In this document: positions 28,250-37,556 of the stretch, piece by piece | Layout of the letters: every line of letters begins with the position of its first letter | Numbering within the stretch: the stretch's first letter is position 1 | Source: a virus | Taxonomy: Duplodnaviria; Caudoviricetes | Virus record (IMG/VR): IMGVR_UViG_3300024297_000001 | DNA: 64,000 bases | Strand: one strand, 5' to 3' | Position numbers and translations under genes: made by a program | Notes under the pieces: generated by a model | What the model was told of the DNA's origin: nothing | The model's input: the letters and a program-made list of their open reading frames with translations, nothing else | Databases searched by the model: none

Positions 28250-28475
28250 ATAACACTACTCGGGAGGCCTTGCTGTGAACTCACCTCCAACTTTCGATAA
28301 GCAGATCACATCTGAATTTTGCAAGGTTTAGATATGATACCTACTTCCAACCACCTCCATCTAAACCGAGCCACTTGGCCGCTTAAAAGACTTTAGTGTG
28401 CATTACGCCCCTGCCGAAGCGTTATTCTGCCACAAGTGCTAAGAGCTTATAACTCTCTTAGTTTGTGTTAAAGTT
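28250..28475 (-). ncRNA. Candidate small structured RNA (element A)
   Basis: No credible ORF; GC-richer than its flanks. Upstream sigma70-type promoter TTGCTT-17-TATATT; multiple stems including CTAAGAG/CTCTTAG, GGTTTAGAT/ATCTAAACC and CCTTGC/GCAAGG; G-U pairs favour the minus strand. Confidence 0.5.
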
Positions 28476-28481
28476 AATATT

Positions 28482-28539
28482 AATATAACATTGTTTGCAG
28501 AAAAAAGCAAGAGGTAGGTTTACCAAAATATATATTTTG
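28482..28539 (-). promoter_or_regulatory. Sigma70-type promoter with an upstream 16-bp perfect palindrome
   Basis: -35 TTGCTT (28510-28505), 17-nt spacer, -10 TATATT (28487-28482); CAAAATATATATTTTG at 28524-28539. Confidence 0.55.
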
Positions 28540-28549
28540 ATTTAGTCAT

Positions 28550-28579
28550 AAAAAAAGGGCGACCAAAGCCGCCCTTTTT
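28550..28579 (-). terminator. Rho-independent terminator after the major capsid gene
   Basis: GGGCGGC-TTTG-GTCGCCC followed by a run of 7 T on the minus strand. Confidence 0.85.
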
Positions 28580-28602
28580 CGTGTTTCTATTAATTCTAAG
28601 AA

Positions 28603-29766
28603 TTAACTGAATGTTACACCTGTTACAGATACACGTGCCAAGTAGTCAGCCGCATTACCAAGAGATGATGCAGTGTTGTTTAACTCTACATAACCATATC
28701 TTGTCATGAAACTTACTACTGGTTCGAATGAACCTGGATCCAACACAACGCCTGAAGACATTAGCGGAATGTATGGGCAATAGAATGCCGCCGCATCTGC
28801 TTCTGATGTTCCTTTGTATCCAACAAGTACGTCTGTACTGTCTGATGCATAAGCGTCTACGTATACTTTCATAGCACTGTTTAATGTACCAACAAGTTTA
28901 GTGTTAGTAGGTGCTTCAAAAGTTCCTTCAGTTGTTCTTGCGAACGCTGAAGTTGTAGCAGACTGAAGTACTGTTAACGTATGCGGTGATACCACTGCAA
29001 AGTTACCAGCGCCACGTCTTGTACGCTGTGCGATCTTGTTAGCCGCTCTGTTAATCATTACAGCAAGTGCCGCATGTTCGTCACCGACGAATGTAGCAGT
29101 TCCTGATACAGCAGTTTGATCGTACTGTACATCTGATTCAGCCGCGCCAGCCAAGTTACGTAAAGAAGCAAGAACTTCTTGGTCGATTTCAGCAGTAATT
29201 TCTTGTGCTAAAGCCGCCATAATTTCCGCTTCAACGTCGATACCCTGTTGTGCTTGTGCATCTTGTGCAGATTCAAAAGTCCAACGAGCACTTAACTTAC
29301 GTGTTTTCGCTTCAACTGTTTGTTTTAAGATCTGAATTGACAATCTCTTACCTGCTTCACCTTCAAGTGCCGCTGTAGCAGATGCCTTATCAGTAGATCC
29401 ACCACCTGAATAGCCTAAGCCAATCTTGAACGGTGATAGAGCCTCTTCGCCTGCAGTCACATCATCTAATGTGTCTGAGTAACGAACTCTTAATGTGTGG
29501 ATTTGACCCACTGGTCCTGTCATAGGTTGAACACCAACGATTTCGTTAGCGATCACTGTAGGCATGACCCTTCTTATTACTGGTAGGATAACTCTATTTA
29601 AAGTTGCAACATTACCGGCAGAAGTTGCTCCTGCTGTAGCCGACTCAGCCAAGTATTTCTTGGTGTTGTCAAGCGTAGCAGACATAACAGACTTCTTATT
29701 GCCTTGTAGGCCTTCAAGTAATGCGCTCTTAGTTTCCTGCCATCTACTTTCTAATAGTTCTGACAT
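28603..29766 (-). CDS. gp23: Major capsid protein (T4 gp23-like)
   Basis: VIRRVMPTVIANEIVGVQPMTGPVGQIHTLR, VEAKTRKLSARWTFE..QD, LAQEITAEIDQE, FYCPYIPL, FMTRYG motifs. Confidence 0.95.
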   Translation of the reverse strand: MSELLESRWQETKSALLEGLQGNKKSVMSATLDNTKKYLAESATAGATSAGNVATLNRVILPVIRRVMPTVIANEIVGVQPMTGPVGQIHTLRVRYSDTLDDVTAGEEALSPFKIGLGYSGGGSTDKASATAALEGEAGKRLSIQILKQTVEAKTRKLSARWTFESAQDAQAQQGIDVEAEIMAALAQEITAEIDQEVLASLRNLAGAAESDVQYDQTAVSGTATFVGDEHAALAVMINRAANKIAQRTRRGAGNFAVVSPHTLTVLQSATTSAFARTTEGTFEAPTNTKLVGTLNSAMKVYVDAYASDSTDVLVGYKGTSEADAAAFYCPYIPLMSSGVVLDPGSFEPVVSFMTRYGYVELNNTASSLGNAADYLARVSVTGVTFS

Positions 29767-29776
29767 TGATTTCTCC

Positions 29777-30883
29777 TTATTTTAATCCTGCAAGTCTTCT
29801 AATATCTACGACATTATCTGTTGCAGAATTACTTGCGCCATTTCTAACGTTAGATTCTTCTTTATTGCCTGTTACTTCTTTTGCCTCGGTAAGTGTCGCC
29901 TTCTTCTTCTCTGGAGTGTTACCATCAATAACGGACGGTAAGTACTTGTCAAACTGTTTTTGGATATTAGCAGTTTGTACAGACTCCAGTAAGTCTGACA
30001 TAATTTCTTTCTGTTCCTTGCTCAATGGAGCAGTTAACTCGGAAATTACTTCTTTTCTTTTTGCAGTATCTTGTGCTTTTTTGAACTCAAGATCCTTAGA
30101 CTCAACTAATTTAGTTGTTTTCTCAACAGTTGCTTTCGCTTCTGCTAATTGCTTGTCTTTCACCTCTACAACTTTTAAAAGTTTAGCAGTTTCTGATTTC
30201 TCATTCAAGTAAGAATTAGTGTACTCTTCTTGGAATGTTTCAAACAGTTTTCTACCAAAATCGTTTTTACGTGCTGAGTCGATGTCTTCTTTAAGTTGCC
30301 CAATCTCTTTTGTAAGAGTTTTTGCAACTGTGTTTTCAACAACTTTCGCTCCGTTTTTAACGAATTTTTCTTTTACAGTATCAAGATGCTTCTTAGCCTC
30401 TCTAATTAGTCGAACTTTAGTTTCTGCAAGATCCTTTTTGTCTTCGTGGAACTCTGCAATTTCTTTAGCCAAAGCCTCTACCACAAATTCCTCAAGTTTG
30501 CCAAATTTAGTTGACATTGCTTTTTGGTCTTCGTGTAACTCTGAAACTTCCTTGCCTAATTGTGCAACAACAAAGTTTTTAAGTAGGTCTGCGTTTTCAC
30601 GCATTGCTACATGGTACTTTGCTCTTGCTTCAGCAAGTTTTGTGCGGTCATCAGCAAATTCCGTAATCTCTGCACCAAGTCTATCCTCAACCATTTTTTC
30701 CACTGCTTCAGCCATTACTGACTTATCGTGGTCATATTTTTGAGCAAATTCTTCGCGAAGTTCTGCGGTTACTTCCTGACGGTTCTCTGTAATCTTAGCC
30801 GCCCATGCTTCTTCAATAGATGCTTTGATGTCTTCCGAAATTACGTTATTCTCAAAAAGTGATTTCAGTGCTTCCAACATCAT
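29777..30883 (-). CDS. gp22: Prohead core scaffolding protein (T4 gp22-like)
   Basis: 368 aa, Glu/Lys-rich predicted coiled coil, located between the protease and MCP genes. Confidence 0.8.
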   Translation of the reverse strand: MMLEALKSLFENNVISEDIKASIEEAWAAKITENRQEVTAELREEFAQKYDHDKSVMAEAVEKMVEDRLGAEITEFADDRTKLAEARAKYHVAMRENADLLKNFVVAQLGKEVSELHEDQKAMSTKFGKLEEFVVEALAKEIAEFHEDKKDLAETKVRLIREAKKHLDTVKEKFVKNGAKVVENTVAKTLTKEIGQLKEDIDSARKNDFGRKLFETFQEEYTNSYLNEKSETAKLLKVVEVKDKQLAEAKATVEKTTKLVESKDLEFKKAQDTAKRKEVISELTAPLSKEQKEIMSDLLESVQTANIQKQFDKYLPSVIDGNTPEKKKATLTEAKEVTGNKEESNVRNGASNSATDNVVDIRRLAGLK

Positions 30884-30890
30884 GTTCTCC

Positions 30891-31511
30891 TTATTTTAAA
30901 CCTTGGATAATGTTAACCAAAGATTCTTTCAAATACTTCTGTGCCTTTGTGTCTTCTTTTACTTCGCGAGCCATATTAAATGCCTTATACCCACCTGTGG
31001 TATTCATCAAGTGCTCGTATATTGGAGTTGGATATGCTCCTGGAGCCGATGGTTGAGCAACTATATCAACTGTGATAATTTCAAAGTCGCTTACGTTACT
31101 GTCTTCATTTACGTTACCTGAACCACGCGATGAAACACCAAGTTTAACTCCGCTTTCCAGCATTGTTTTAACAAGTTGTCCCATCGGCGTAGGTAATACT
31201 TTTAACTTTCCATAACCGTTTGGTCCATCCATCCACATTTCTTTAATCATGTGCGAACAACGGTCAAGGTTAATGTTAAGGCCTTCTGGATGATCAACTT
31301 CACCAAGAACTGAATATCCTCCTTGAATCTGATCGTTAAGAGTGTTGACAGCCCTACTAATTTCACTTACGGGGTATATACGTTGGTTCGCATTGCGAAC
31401 GCCACCCTGTATACAAATACCTTTTAAATGAAGGTCTTTGCCGTCCTCAGTAGATTCCAGAACAATCTGAGCCTGGTCGAATGTCAAGTTCTCACGTAAT
31501 AAGTTCATCAA
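30891..31511 (-). CDS. gp21: Prohead protease (T4 gp21-like)
   Basis: NANQRIYP, LGEVDHP, LGVSSRGSG, D.VAQPSAPGAY motifs. Confidence 0.92.
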   Translation of the reverse strand: MMNLLRENLTFDQAQIVLESTEDGKDLHLKGICIQGGVRNANQRIYPVSEISRAVNTLNDQIQGGYSVLGEVDHPEGLNINLDRCSHMIKEMWMDGPNGYGKLKVLPTPMGQLVKTMLESGVKLGVSSRGSGNVNEDSNVSDFEIITVDIVAQPSAPGAYPTPIYEHLMNTTGGYKAFNMAREVKEDTKAQKYLKESLVNIIQGLK

Positions 31512-31525
31512 CTATTCCCTAACAA

Positions 31526-32497
31526 TTAAGAACCGATAACACTATTGCTATCTGCTCCTGCTTCGCCTGCGCCTTTTTTCTCAGCGCCGTGGCCTTTAGC
31601 GTTTGACATAGACTTAGATGCTTTACCGCCTGGTACGTTTACATTACCATGATCTTCAGTTTTAGGAGCACTTACAGTACCACCTTTTTCTTCTGCAGAT
31701 CCTTTTGCGATATTAGCCGCTGAACCGCCCATATCATTTTTACCAGCAACTGGAGATTTTGCTTTGTTATCTTCGCCTTTTGGCTCAGCAACTTTTTCAA
31801 CATACTCTCTCATTTGCTCAGTTTGTGATTTAGTACCTTCAAATGCTGGTACTTCATCTTCTACGCTAAGATCGGAAGATATTGCTTCATCTTCCTTTTC
31901 TTCTTCGTCGTCACCCATGTCGTCCATTGGTGCTTCCTCAGAATCTTCATCGTCACCTTCTTCCTTATCGCCCATCATTTTTTCAAATTCTGCTTTAAGG
32001 TCGTCAAGTGCATCTTCTAAATCAACAACACGGTCTTCCATATCTTCGTCGCCCTTGTCGTCGTCACCTTCTTCGCCATCTGCATCTGCTTCGATATCAG
32101 CCATCATGTCGTCTGCTGGATCGCCGCCCATGTCATCATCTGCTTCTGGTGTAATTTCTGCAAAGTTTTCGTCAACTTCTTCGTCCTTAGACTCATCAGT
32201 TTTTTCGTCTTCGTCTTTTGCTTCGTCAACGTTTTCATCTTTAGACTCATCTGTTTTTTCATCTTCGTCTTTTGCTTCGTCAACTTCTTCGTCTTTTGAA
32301 GATTCATCAACTTCTTCGTCAGTTGCTTCGTTAGTGTCTTCGTCTTTAGACTCGTCTGCTAACTCATCTTCTAATAAATTTTCATAAATTGTTCTTGATT
32401 TTTCAACGACGATTTCATGGAACAGTTCTTCTGCACCTTTCTTATCTTCGTTAACTAATTTTTCAAGCATTTGCTCGAATTTGTTACGGTCTGCCAT
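31526..32497 (-). CDS. Highly acidic prohead core protein (position of T4 gp67/gp68)
   Basis: 323 aa, very D/E-rich, immediately upstream of gp21. Confidence 0.6.
   Translation of the reverse strand: MADRNKFEQMLEKLVNEDKKGAEELFHEIVVEKSRTIYENLLEDELADESKDEDTNEATDEEVDESSKDEEVDEAKDEDEKTDESKDENVDEAKDEDEKTDESKDEEVDENFAEITPEADDDMGGDPADDMMADIEADADGEEGDDDKGDEDMEDRVVDLEDALDDLKAEFEKMMGDKEEGDDEDSEEAPMDDMGDDEEEKEDEAISSDLSVEDEVPAFEGTKSQTEQMREYVEKVAEPKGEDNKAKSPVAGKNDMGGSAANIAKGSAEEKGGTVSAPKTEDHGNVNVPGGKASKSMSNAKGHGAEKKGAGEAGADSNSVIGS
32170..32330 (-). repeat. In-frame tandem coding repeat (~54-nt unit, ESKDE.VDEAKDEDEKTD)
   Basis: Two near-identical 18-aa units plus partial copies within 31526..32497. Confidence 0.75.
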
Positions 32498-32611
32498 TGT
32501 AGTACCTCCTATAAGTTTACGTTTGGTAAGGCTGTCAATAATATTTACATATAATAGGGAAAATACGTGGAATATAGGCTCAAAACGCAGGATTTTGAAA
32601 CCTTAATGAAA

Positions 32612-33208
32612 TTAACCGAAGATTTTCTGAAATTCTTCGATATTTACATGGGATAAATTTGTAAAGTTTTTTAGACTTCCTGGTAGGAATTTATCTCCTT
32701 CTGCTACTACTCTTATATATCTCTTTCTATGATTTCTTTGGCATATTATGCCTACTTGACGCTCCCAGTTACCAAAATATGTTGCAGGGTCGTTTTCTCG
32801 CTTGTAATTAAATGTACCAGCGTATAAGTTGTTTACCTTATCATCGCCTTTTCCGGTGCCTGTAGTGCCTTTAAAGTCAAATCCTAACAAATATATAGGA
32901 TCGTGTCCGTGGTCTGAAGCAAGATCTAATGCTGTAGGACCACTACTCCAGCCTTTACTGGGGTTTAAAATGTTGAGTCCTTGTATGTCGTTTAACTGTT
33001 TATTGTGATTAGTGTATACTTTGTTGTGCTTTTGCCAGCCTGTTTTGCAAATTTCAAGCACCATCTTGGCATCTACTGCTACAAGATAGTCTGGCCTAAA
33101 GTCTCTATAAACTGCGTTACAGGCATAGATAGGACCGTACTGTTTTAATGCTTCTAAACTTATGGGTTTGCGACTTGTGCCGTTACCAACAACGAATGCT
33201 GTTGACAT
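32612..33208 (-). CDS. Rossmann-like protein resembling the DUF115/MptE-like family
   Basis: AFVVGNGTSR, YACNAVYRD..PDYLVAVD, SSG..AL.LA, IYLLGFD motifs. Confidence 0.55.
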   Translation of the reverse strand: MSTAFVVGNGTSRKPISLEALKQYGPIYACNAVYRDFRPDYLVAVDAKMVLEICKTGWQKHNKVYTNHNKQLNDIQGLNILNPSKGWSSGPTALDLASDHGHDPIYLLGFDFKGTTGTGKGDDKVNNLYAGTFNYKRENDPATYFGNWERQVGIICQRNHRKRYIRVVAEGDKFLPGSLKNFTNLSHVNIEEFQKIFG

Positions 33209-33216
33209 ATCATCTC

Positions 33217-33456
33217 CTATGCTTCAGGTTGTGATGCCAATCCGTACATCTGTCTTACAAAATGTAACTCTTTCTGTTGTTCTTCGTTATGAAATTCGCC
33301 AGCTCTACGTGCTTTGTTGATTTGACGTAGGCTTAGTCTTGTTTTTCTTGTGTCGTCTCTTGATACAACACCTTCATCGTCAGCAGAATCATATGACTTG
33401 TCTTCTGTTGGTTCAAGTGTTTCTTTGTCAAAATAAAATAATTCTCTTAGTATCAT
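33217..33456 (-). CDS. Small hypothetical late protein
   Basis: 79 aa; late promoter ATAAATA 5 nt upstream of the ATG. Confidence 0.6.
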   Translation of the reverse strand: MILRELFYFDKETLEPTEDKSYDSADDEGVVSRDDTRKTRLSLRQINKARRAGEFHNEEQQKELHFVRQMYGLASQPEA

Positions 33457-33471
33457 GTAACTATTTATTCC

Positions 33472-35235
33472 TTATGCTGGTGGTACTTCAGGAGCAGGTG
33501 CTCCGCCTGCGCCACCGCCTGTTGTTGTGTCAGGTGCTGTCGCTTCTCCTCCTGCAACTGGATCAGGCTCTGCATTAGGATCAATGTCTTCTGCTCCGCC
33601 TATGTCTGCATCCATTGCCGCGCCACTAATACCTACGCCACGCATTTCACCTGCGGCGTCTGTTGGTGGTGGAGTAATATTTTCATCATTCTCTTCTTTC
33701 CAATAACGTTCATTCTCAGCCATGTCTTCTTCACTTAATCCTAAGAAACGTTTCATTGCATATCTGTTACTAATGAATGGCACAGCCATAATTTGTGTAA
33801 ACGTTGGAATTCTTACATTGTCAAGTTCTGATTGTCTGTAACTTGCAAAGTTCATTGGTGGTTCAAGTTTTAAATCAAACATTGAAACATCAAGATTCAT
33901 ACCTTTTTCTAATAGGTAACGTTTAAACTCTTGATTAAATTCTTCTGTTACAAGTGCTTGTAAACGTTCACAGTACTTGTTAAAGCGTAGTTCTTGTATG
34001 TATGCAGTACCTACTCTACCATCGTTGCTTTGTGTTTGTGCATCATCTTGTGCCGCTGTTGGCAAGTAACTACTTGGAATACGTAAACCTCTAATAAGTT
34101 TATTAGTAAAGTATTTTAAGTCGTCAATCTCACCTAAGTTAGTACCGCCTGGTAATGTTTCAACTTTAGATCCACGTCCTTCTGCTGTTTGCGGAAAGAA
34201 GTAATCTTCATTTGTTGATAATGGATTGTATGCACTATCAATAACGCTTGTTGATCCACCTGTTGCACTTGGAATACGTCTTTGGTGTATTTCTGTTTTT
34301 ACACGCTCAACAAATTGCATTGCAAGGTGTGATGGCATATTACCTACGTCAATGTAAAACACTCTACGTTCAGGTGCTCTTTGCGTTCTGTAAATAATAA
34401 TTGCGTCTTCTAATAATTCTTTTTGCTTGTATACTTTAAATATACTTTCTAACAAACTATTACCAAATGGATAGTTGTTGTCTAATCCTTCACTTAAACT
34501 TAAATGTACAACATGTTCTGCATTAATAGCAACTTCTCTATTGTTTACATTAAATCTTGAACCTGATTGTGATGTTCCTGTGTTACCAACTGCACCTTGT
34601 GCGCCACCTGATTGATAACCTTGTGAACCTGACGATGTTCCACCGCCTGTAATATTTCCGCTTGTAATATGCGGATCAGTAATAATTTGATCTCTAAAAT
34701 TAAAGTTAATATCTTTAATAATATATTGTTCTGGCTTTTTGCCTTCTGATTCGTTTACAATAATACGTACAACTTTTGCAGGATCAATGTAAAACCATTT
34801 TTTAGTTTCAGGATCTCTTACAAAAAATGCGTCACCATACTTAAATGTATTACGCACAATTTTAAACATTTTAGTTTCAAACTTTTGTAGTTTAGACCAT
34901 TGCTTTAGGTATTGTCCTAAAATGTTAACTTCACTGTTTGTTGCTGTTTTATTAAAATGTAAATTAAATGATGTTCTGTTACGTGCATTTTGTTGTGAAC
35001 AAAATTCTGCTAAAATGTCTAACGCCGCATTTACTTCTGAGTCGTTGTCCATAGTATTGTATTGACCATAACGCTCTACTCTATTTGGAGAGCCTACATA
35101 TACGTCTGGTAGATATGAAGAATAATTAGATCTTGCCGGACCCGGTTCGTTTCCGCCACGTCCACTGAACGGGCTCATGTTACCACCGTCGTTGTTACCT
35201 ACAGGCGCATTTGTAAAATATCTTTTCCAGCTCAT
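33472..35235 (-). CDS. gp20: Portal protein (T4 gp20-like)
   Basis: LLEDAIIIYRTQRAPERRVFYIDVGNMP, EDYFFPQ..EGRGSKVETLPGG, L..LRIPSSYL, ELRFNKY motifs. Confidence 0.95.
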   Translation of the reverse strand: MSWKRYFTNAPVGNNDGGNMSPFSGRGGNEPGPARSNYSSYLPDVYVGSPNRVERYGQYNTMDNDSEVNAALDILAEFCSQQNARNRTSFNLHFNKTATNSEVNILGQYLKQWSKLQKFETKMFKIVRNTFKYGDAFFVRDPETKKWFYIDPAKVVRIIVNESEGKKPEQYIIKDINFNFRDQIITDPHITSGNITGGGTSSGSQGYQSGGAQGAVGNTGTSQSGSRFNVNNREVAINAEHVVHLSLSEGLDNNYPFGNSLLESIFKVYKQKELLEDAIIIYRTQRAPERRVFYIDVGNMPSHLAMQFVERVKTEIHQRRIPSATGGSTSVIDSAYNPLSTNEDYFFPQTAEGRGSKVETLPGGTNLGEIDDLKYFTNKLIRGLRIPSSYLPTAAQDDAQTQSNDGRVGTAYIQELRFNKYCERLQALVTEEFNQEFKRYLLEKGMNLDVSMFDLKLEPPMNFASYRQSELDNVRIPTFTQIMAVPFISNRYAMKRFLGLSEEDMAENERYWKEENDENITPPPTDAAGEMRGVGISGAAMDADIGGAEDIDPNAEPDPVAGGEATAPDTTTGGGAGGAPAPEVPPA

Positions 35236-35238
35236 GTG

Positions 35239-37488
35239 TTACGCAGTTCCTTTCAACATATTCCCCTGTAACCCGTTTGTTGCACGGAGAATCTGTTTTA
35301 AAATTTTATTTTGCTCTACCAAAGTAGCAGTTGCTAAATCTGTGCTATTTGTATTTACCGCGGCTTCGCTCTCTTGGAGTTTCTTTGTGACTCCAGAGTC
35401 GGCAACAATTTTGGTTGTATCAATTTCTGGTGTTGTAACTGTTGGCATTTCATAGTCTGGCATTACACCTGCGTTGGCTATTTTGATTTTTGGATCTTCA
35501 ATTTCTGTCTTTTTCAAATTCTCGGCGATCTTTTGATTTGGATCGTCTTCTTCGTCATCTCCACCAAACCAACTAAACGGATTAAGTTTTTTAAGTTTAT
35601 CAACTAAGCCAGTAAAGATTTTCCCAATAAACTCAAACATTGTAGAGAATACATCAAGAATCGGTTGTACCCAACTTTTAATTTTTTCCCAACCAAATAT
35701 AGCAAGTAGTGCCACTCCAATTGCAAGGAATGGTGCAATAATTGGACCAAGTATGATTCCAAATATTGTTGGTAATAATGATGTTATAAATCCTGTAAGT
35801 AGTAGTCCTGCAAGTCCGCCAAGTACACCAACAATTAATGTTCCAATATGTTCTTTAAAGAAAGCACCAAACCAAGCACCAAATATTTCTCCAACTTTAT
35901 CAAATCCTTTTTTAATCATAGGTTTAAATTTTTTATCCCAAACTTCGCTAAAGAATTTACCTAAGTCGCCTCCTGCCGCTTCCCAGGTATCTTTTAAGAA
36001 CTTGGCCATCTCTTCACCGTACTTTAGGATTCCGTCTAAGAAACCATCTAATTTTGACACGCCATCTTTACCTGTGGAAGTAAACCATTCTGTAAATGTA
36101 CCAATACCTTCCATGAACATATCAAACAATCCACTGTCAAGAATAGTTGTTTTAATCTTGTTACGCATTTCAGTCATTGCTACTTCAAAAGCGGCCGTTG
36201 TTTTAGTAGTCTTATCTCTTTCTTGTTGTTCTGCTTTCATTGCCGCAATATCTGCATCAGTGTATTTTGCTGACATCTTTTTGTATTCAGCCAAGCCACT
36301 GGTTAATCCTTCAAAGCCTTCTTTACCCATCAATGATTGTACCATTGCAGGATCCATGCTTTTAATAAACGCATCCATCTCTGGACCAAAGCCTGCCATC
36401 TGCTTAATGTATTCTTCTTGACTGATAGCACCATCACCAAGTTGTTTCTGTAATTCTGCAAAGCCTGGTATAGTTGCCGCAAGTTTTTGTGCTAATGGAG
36501 TTTGTGCAACACCGTCTGCTAAGTCTTTAATAGCACCACTAAATCCTGGTAATTCTGAATCAACAAATGCAAGTCCGTCTTGGAAGTTAGTTAATGCTTC
36601 TCCTGACAATCTACTTGCCATAACCATAACGTTTGCTTCTGAGGCTTGTTTCTTTAATAATGCTTCTGCTTCTTTACGTGATTTACCTGTTACTTTAGCA
36701 AGTCTATCAATCTGCATTAAGTATTGTTCTGAACCTGCACGTAATGATGCTTGACTTCTTCCAGCAAGTTTACCTTGCATTGCTTGTAGTTCAATGTAAC
36801 CTGCTGTATGTTCTGCAAGAGATTCCATAGTAAAACCCATTCCCATAAGTTCTTCTCTTGGTAAACTTTTAGTTAATCTTCCAAATGCCTTAGCACCTTC
36901 TGTTGTTGTGCCTCCTAATAGCATCATGTTCTGTGCGTTGCTACCAACAAACTCAGCAAACTGTTCCATGCTTAATCCTGCATCAGCCGCCGCCAAATTC
37001 ATTTCAACAATGTTGTTACCGAAAGAAGCACCTACTTCAGATAGACTTCTAAATGTTTGAACGTTTTCTTCAACCATTCCTAATATACTACTGAGTGCAC
37101 CACCTACTAATGGTAAGTGTGATGCAAAGTCACTCATCTTAACACTTGTGCCTAAGAATTCAGTTGCTAATCCCATAGCAGTATCTGTGACCATACCTAA
37201 ACCTTTGGTCACCATACCGGTCATCATGCTTAGACCTCTACCAAAATCTCCAAGTACAGAAGTGGTGTTTTGTATCTCATCACCAAATTTACCCAATTTA
37301 TTTGATGTTTTATTAAGAACACCTTCCATACCACCAGCAGGTCCACCAGCACCTCCGGCTCCGCCACCAGAACCACCACCTTTTGCGCCTTTTTTCAAGG
37401 CATCAAGGATTTTCTTTAGTGTAGCCTCCGATGCGGCATCTTCGGCTTGTACTTTACCAATTCCTGGAATATCAACTGTTACTGCCAT
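35239..37488 (-). CDS. Tape-measure-like protein
   Basis: 749 aa, helical Ala/Gly/Met-rich, with a hydrophobic segment (IGTLIVGVLGGLAGLLL...LLAIFGW); adjacent to the gp26-like chaperone gene. Confidence 0.7.
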   Translation of the reverse strand: MAVTVDIPGIGKVQAEDAASEATLKKILDALKKGAKGGGSGGGAGGAGGPAGGMEGVLNKTSNKLGKFGDEIQNTTSVLGDFGRGLSMMTGMVTKGLGMVTDTAMGLATEFLGTSVKMSDFASHLPLVGGALSSILGMVEENVQTFRSLSEVGASFGNNIVEMNLAAADAGLSMEQFAEFVGSNAQNMMLLGGTTTEGAKAFGRLTKSLPREELMGMGFTMESLAEHTAGYIELQAMQGKLAGRSQASLRAGSEQYLMQIDRLAKVTGKSRKEAEALLKKQASEANVMVMASRLSGEALTNFQDGLAFVDSELPGFSGAIKDLADGVAQTPLAQKLAATIPGFAELQKQLGDGAISQEEYIKQMAGFGPEMDAFIKSMDPAMVQSLMGKEGFEGLTSGLAEYKKMSAKYTDADIAAMKAEQQERDKTTKTTAAFEVAMTEMRNKIKTTILDSGLFDMFMEGIGTFTEWFTSTGKDGVSKLDGFLDGILKYGEEMAKFLKDTWEAAGGDLGKFFSEVWDKKFKPMIKKGFDKVGEIFGAWFGAFFKEHIGTLIVGVLGGLAGLLLTGFITSLLPTIFGIILGPIIAPFLAIGVALLAIFGWEKIKSWVQPILDVFSTMFEFIGKIFTGLVDKLKKLNPFSWFGGDDEEDDPNQKIAENLKKTEIEDPKIKIANAGVMPDYEMPTVTTPEIDTTKIVADSGVTKKLQESEAAVNTNSTDLATATLVEQNKILKQILRATNGLQGNMLKGTA

Positions 37489-37515
37489 TTATTATATACT
37501 CACTTTATTGCAACT

Positions 37516-37544
37516 TATAAATACTTGTGCTATAACTTATTTAG
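37516..37544. promoter_or_regulatory. Pair of late-type promoters in the divergent intergenic gap
   Basis: TATAAATA (+) at 37516-37523 serving 37557; CTAAATA (-) at 37544-37538 as the only late-like motif ahead of the tape-measure gene. Confidence 0.5.
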
Positions 37545-37556
37545 CAGGAGAAAAAT

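Noticed and set aside
28295-28420. Small peptides in element A (MHTKVF, MEVVGSRYHI, VARFRWRW...)
   Set aside because: Very short and lacking a correctly spaced SD; the strong SD-like motifs lie inside or downstream of them.
32170-32330. Tandem repeats as a possible CRISPR array
   Set aside because: In-frame coding repeats with no unique spacers and no cas genes.
35888-35900. 10-nt match (CTCCAACTTT) between element A loop 1 and the tape-measure gene
   Set aside because: A 10-mer match is expected by chance in 64 kb of AT-rich sequence.
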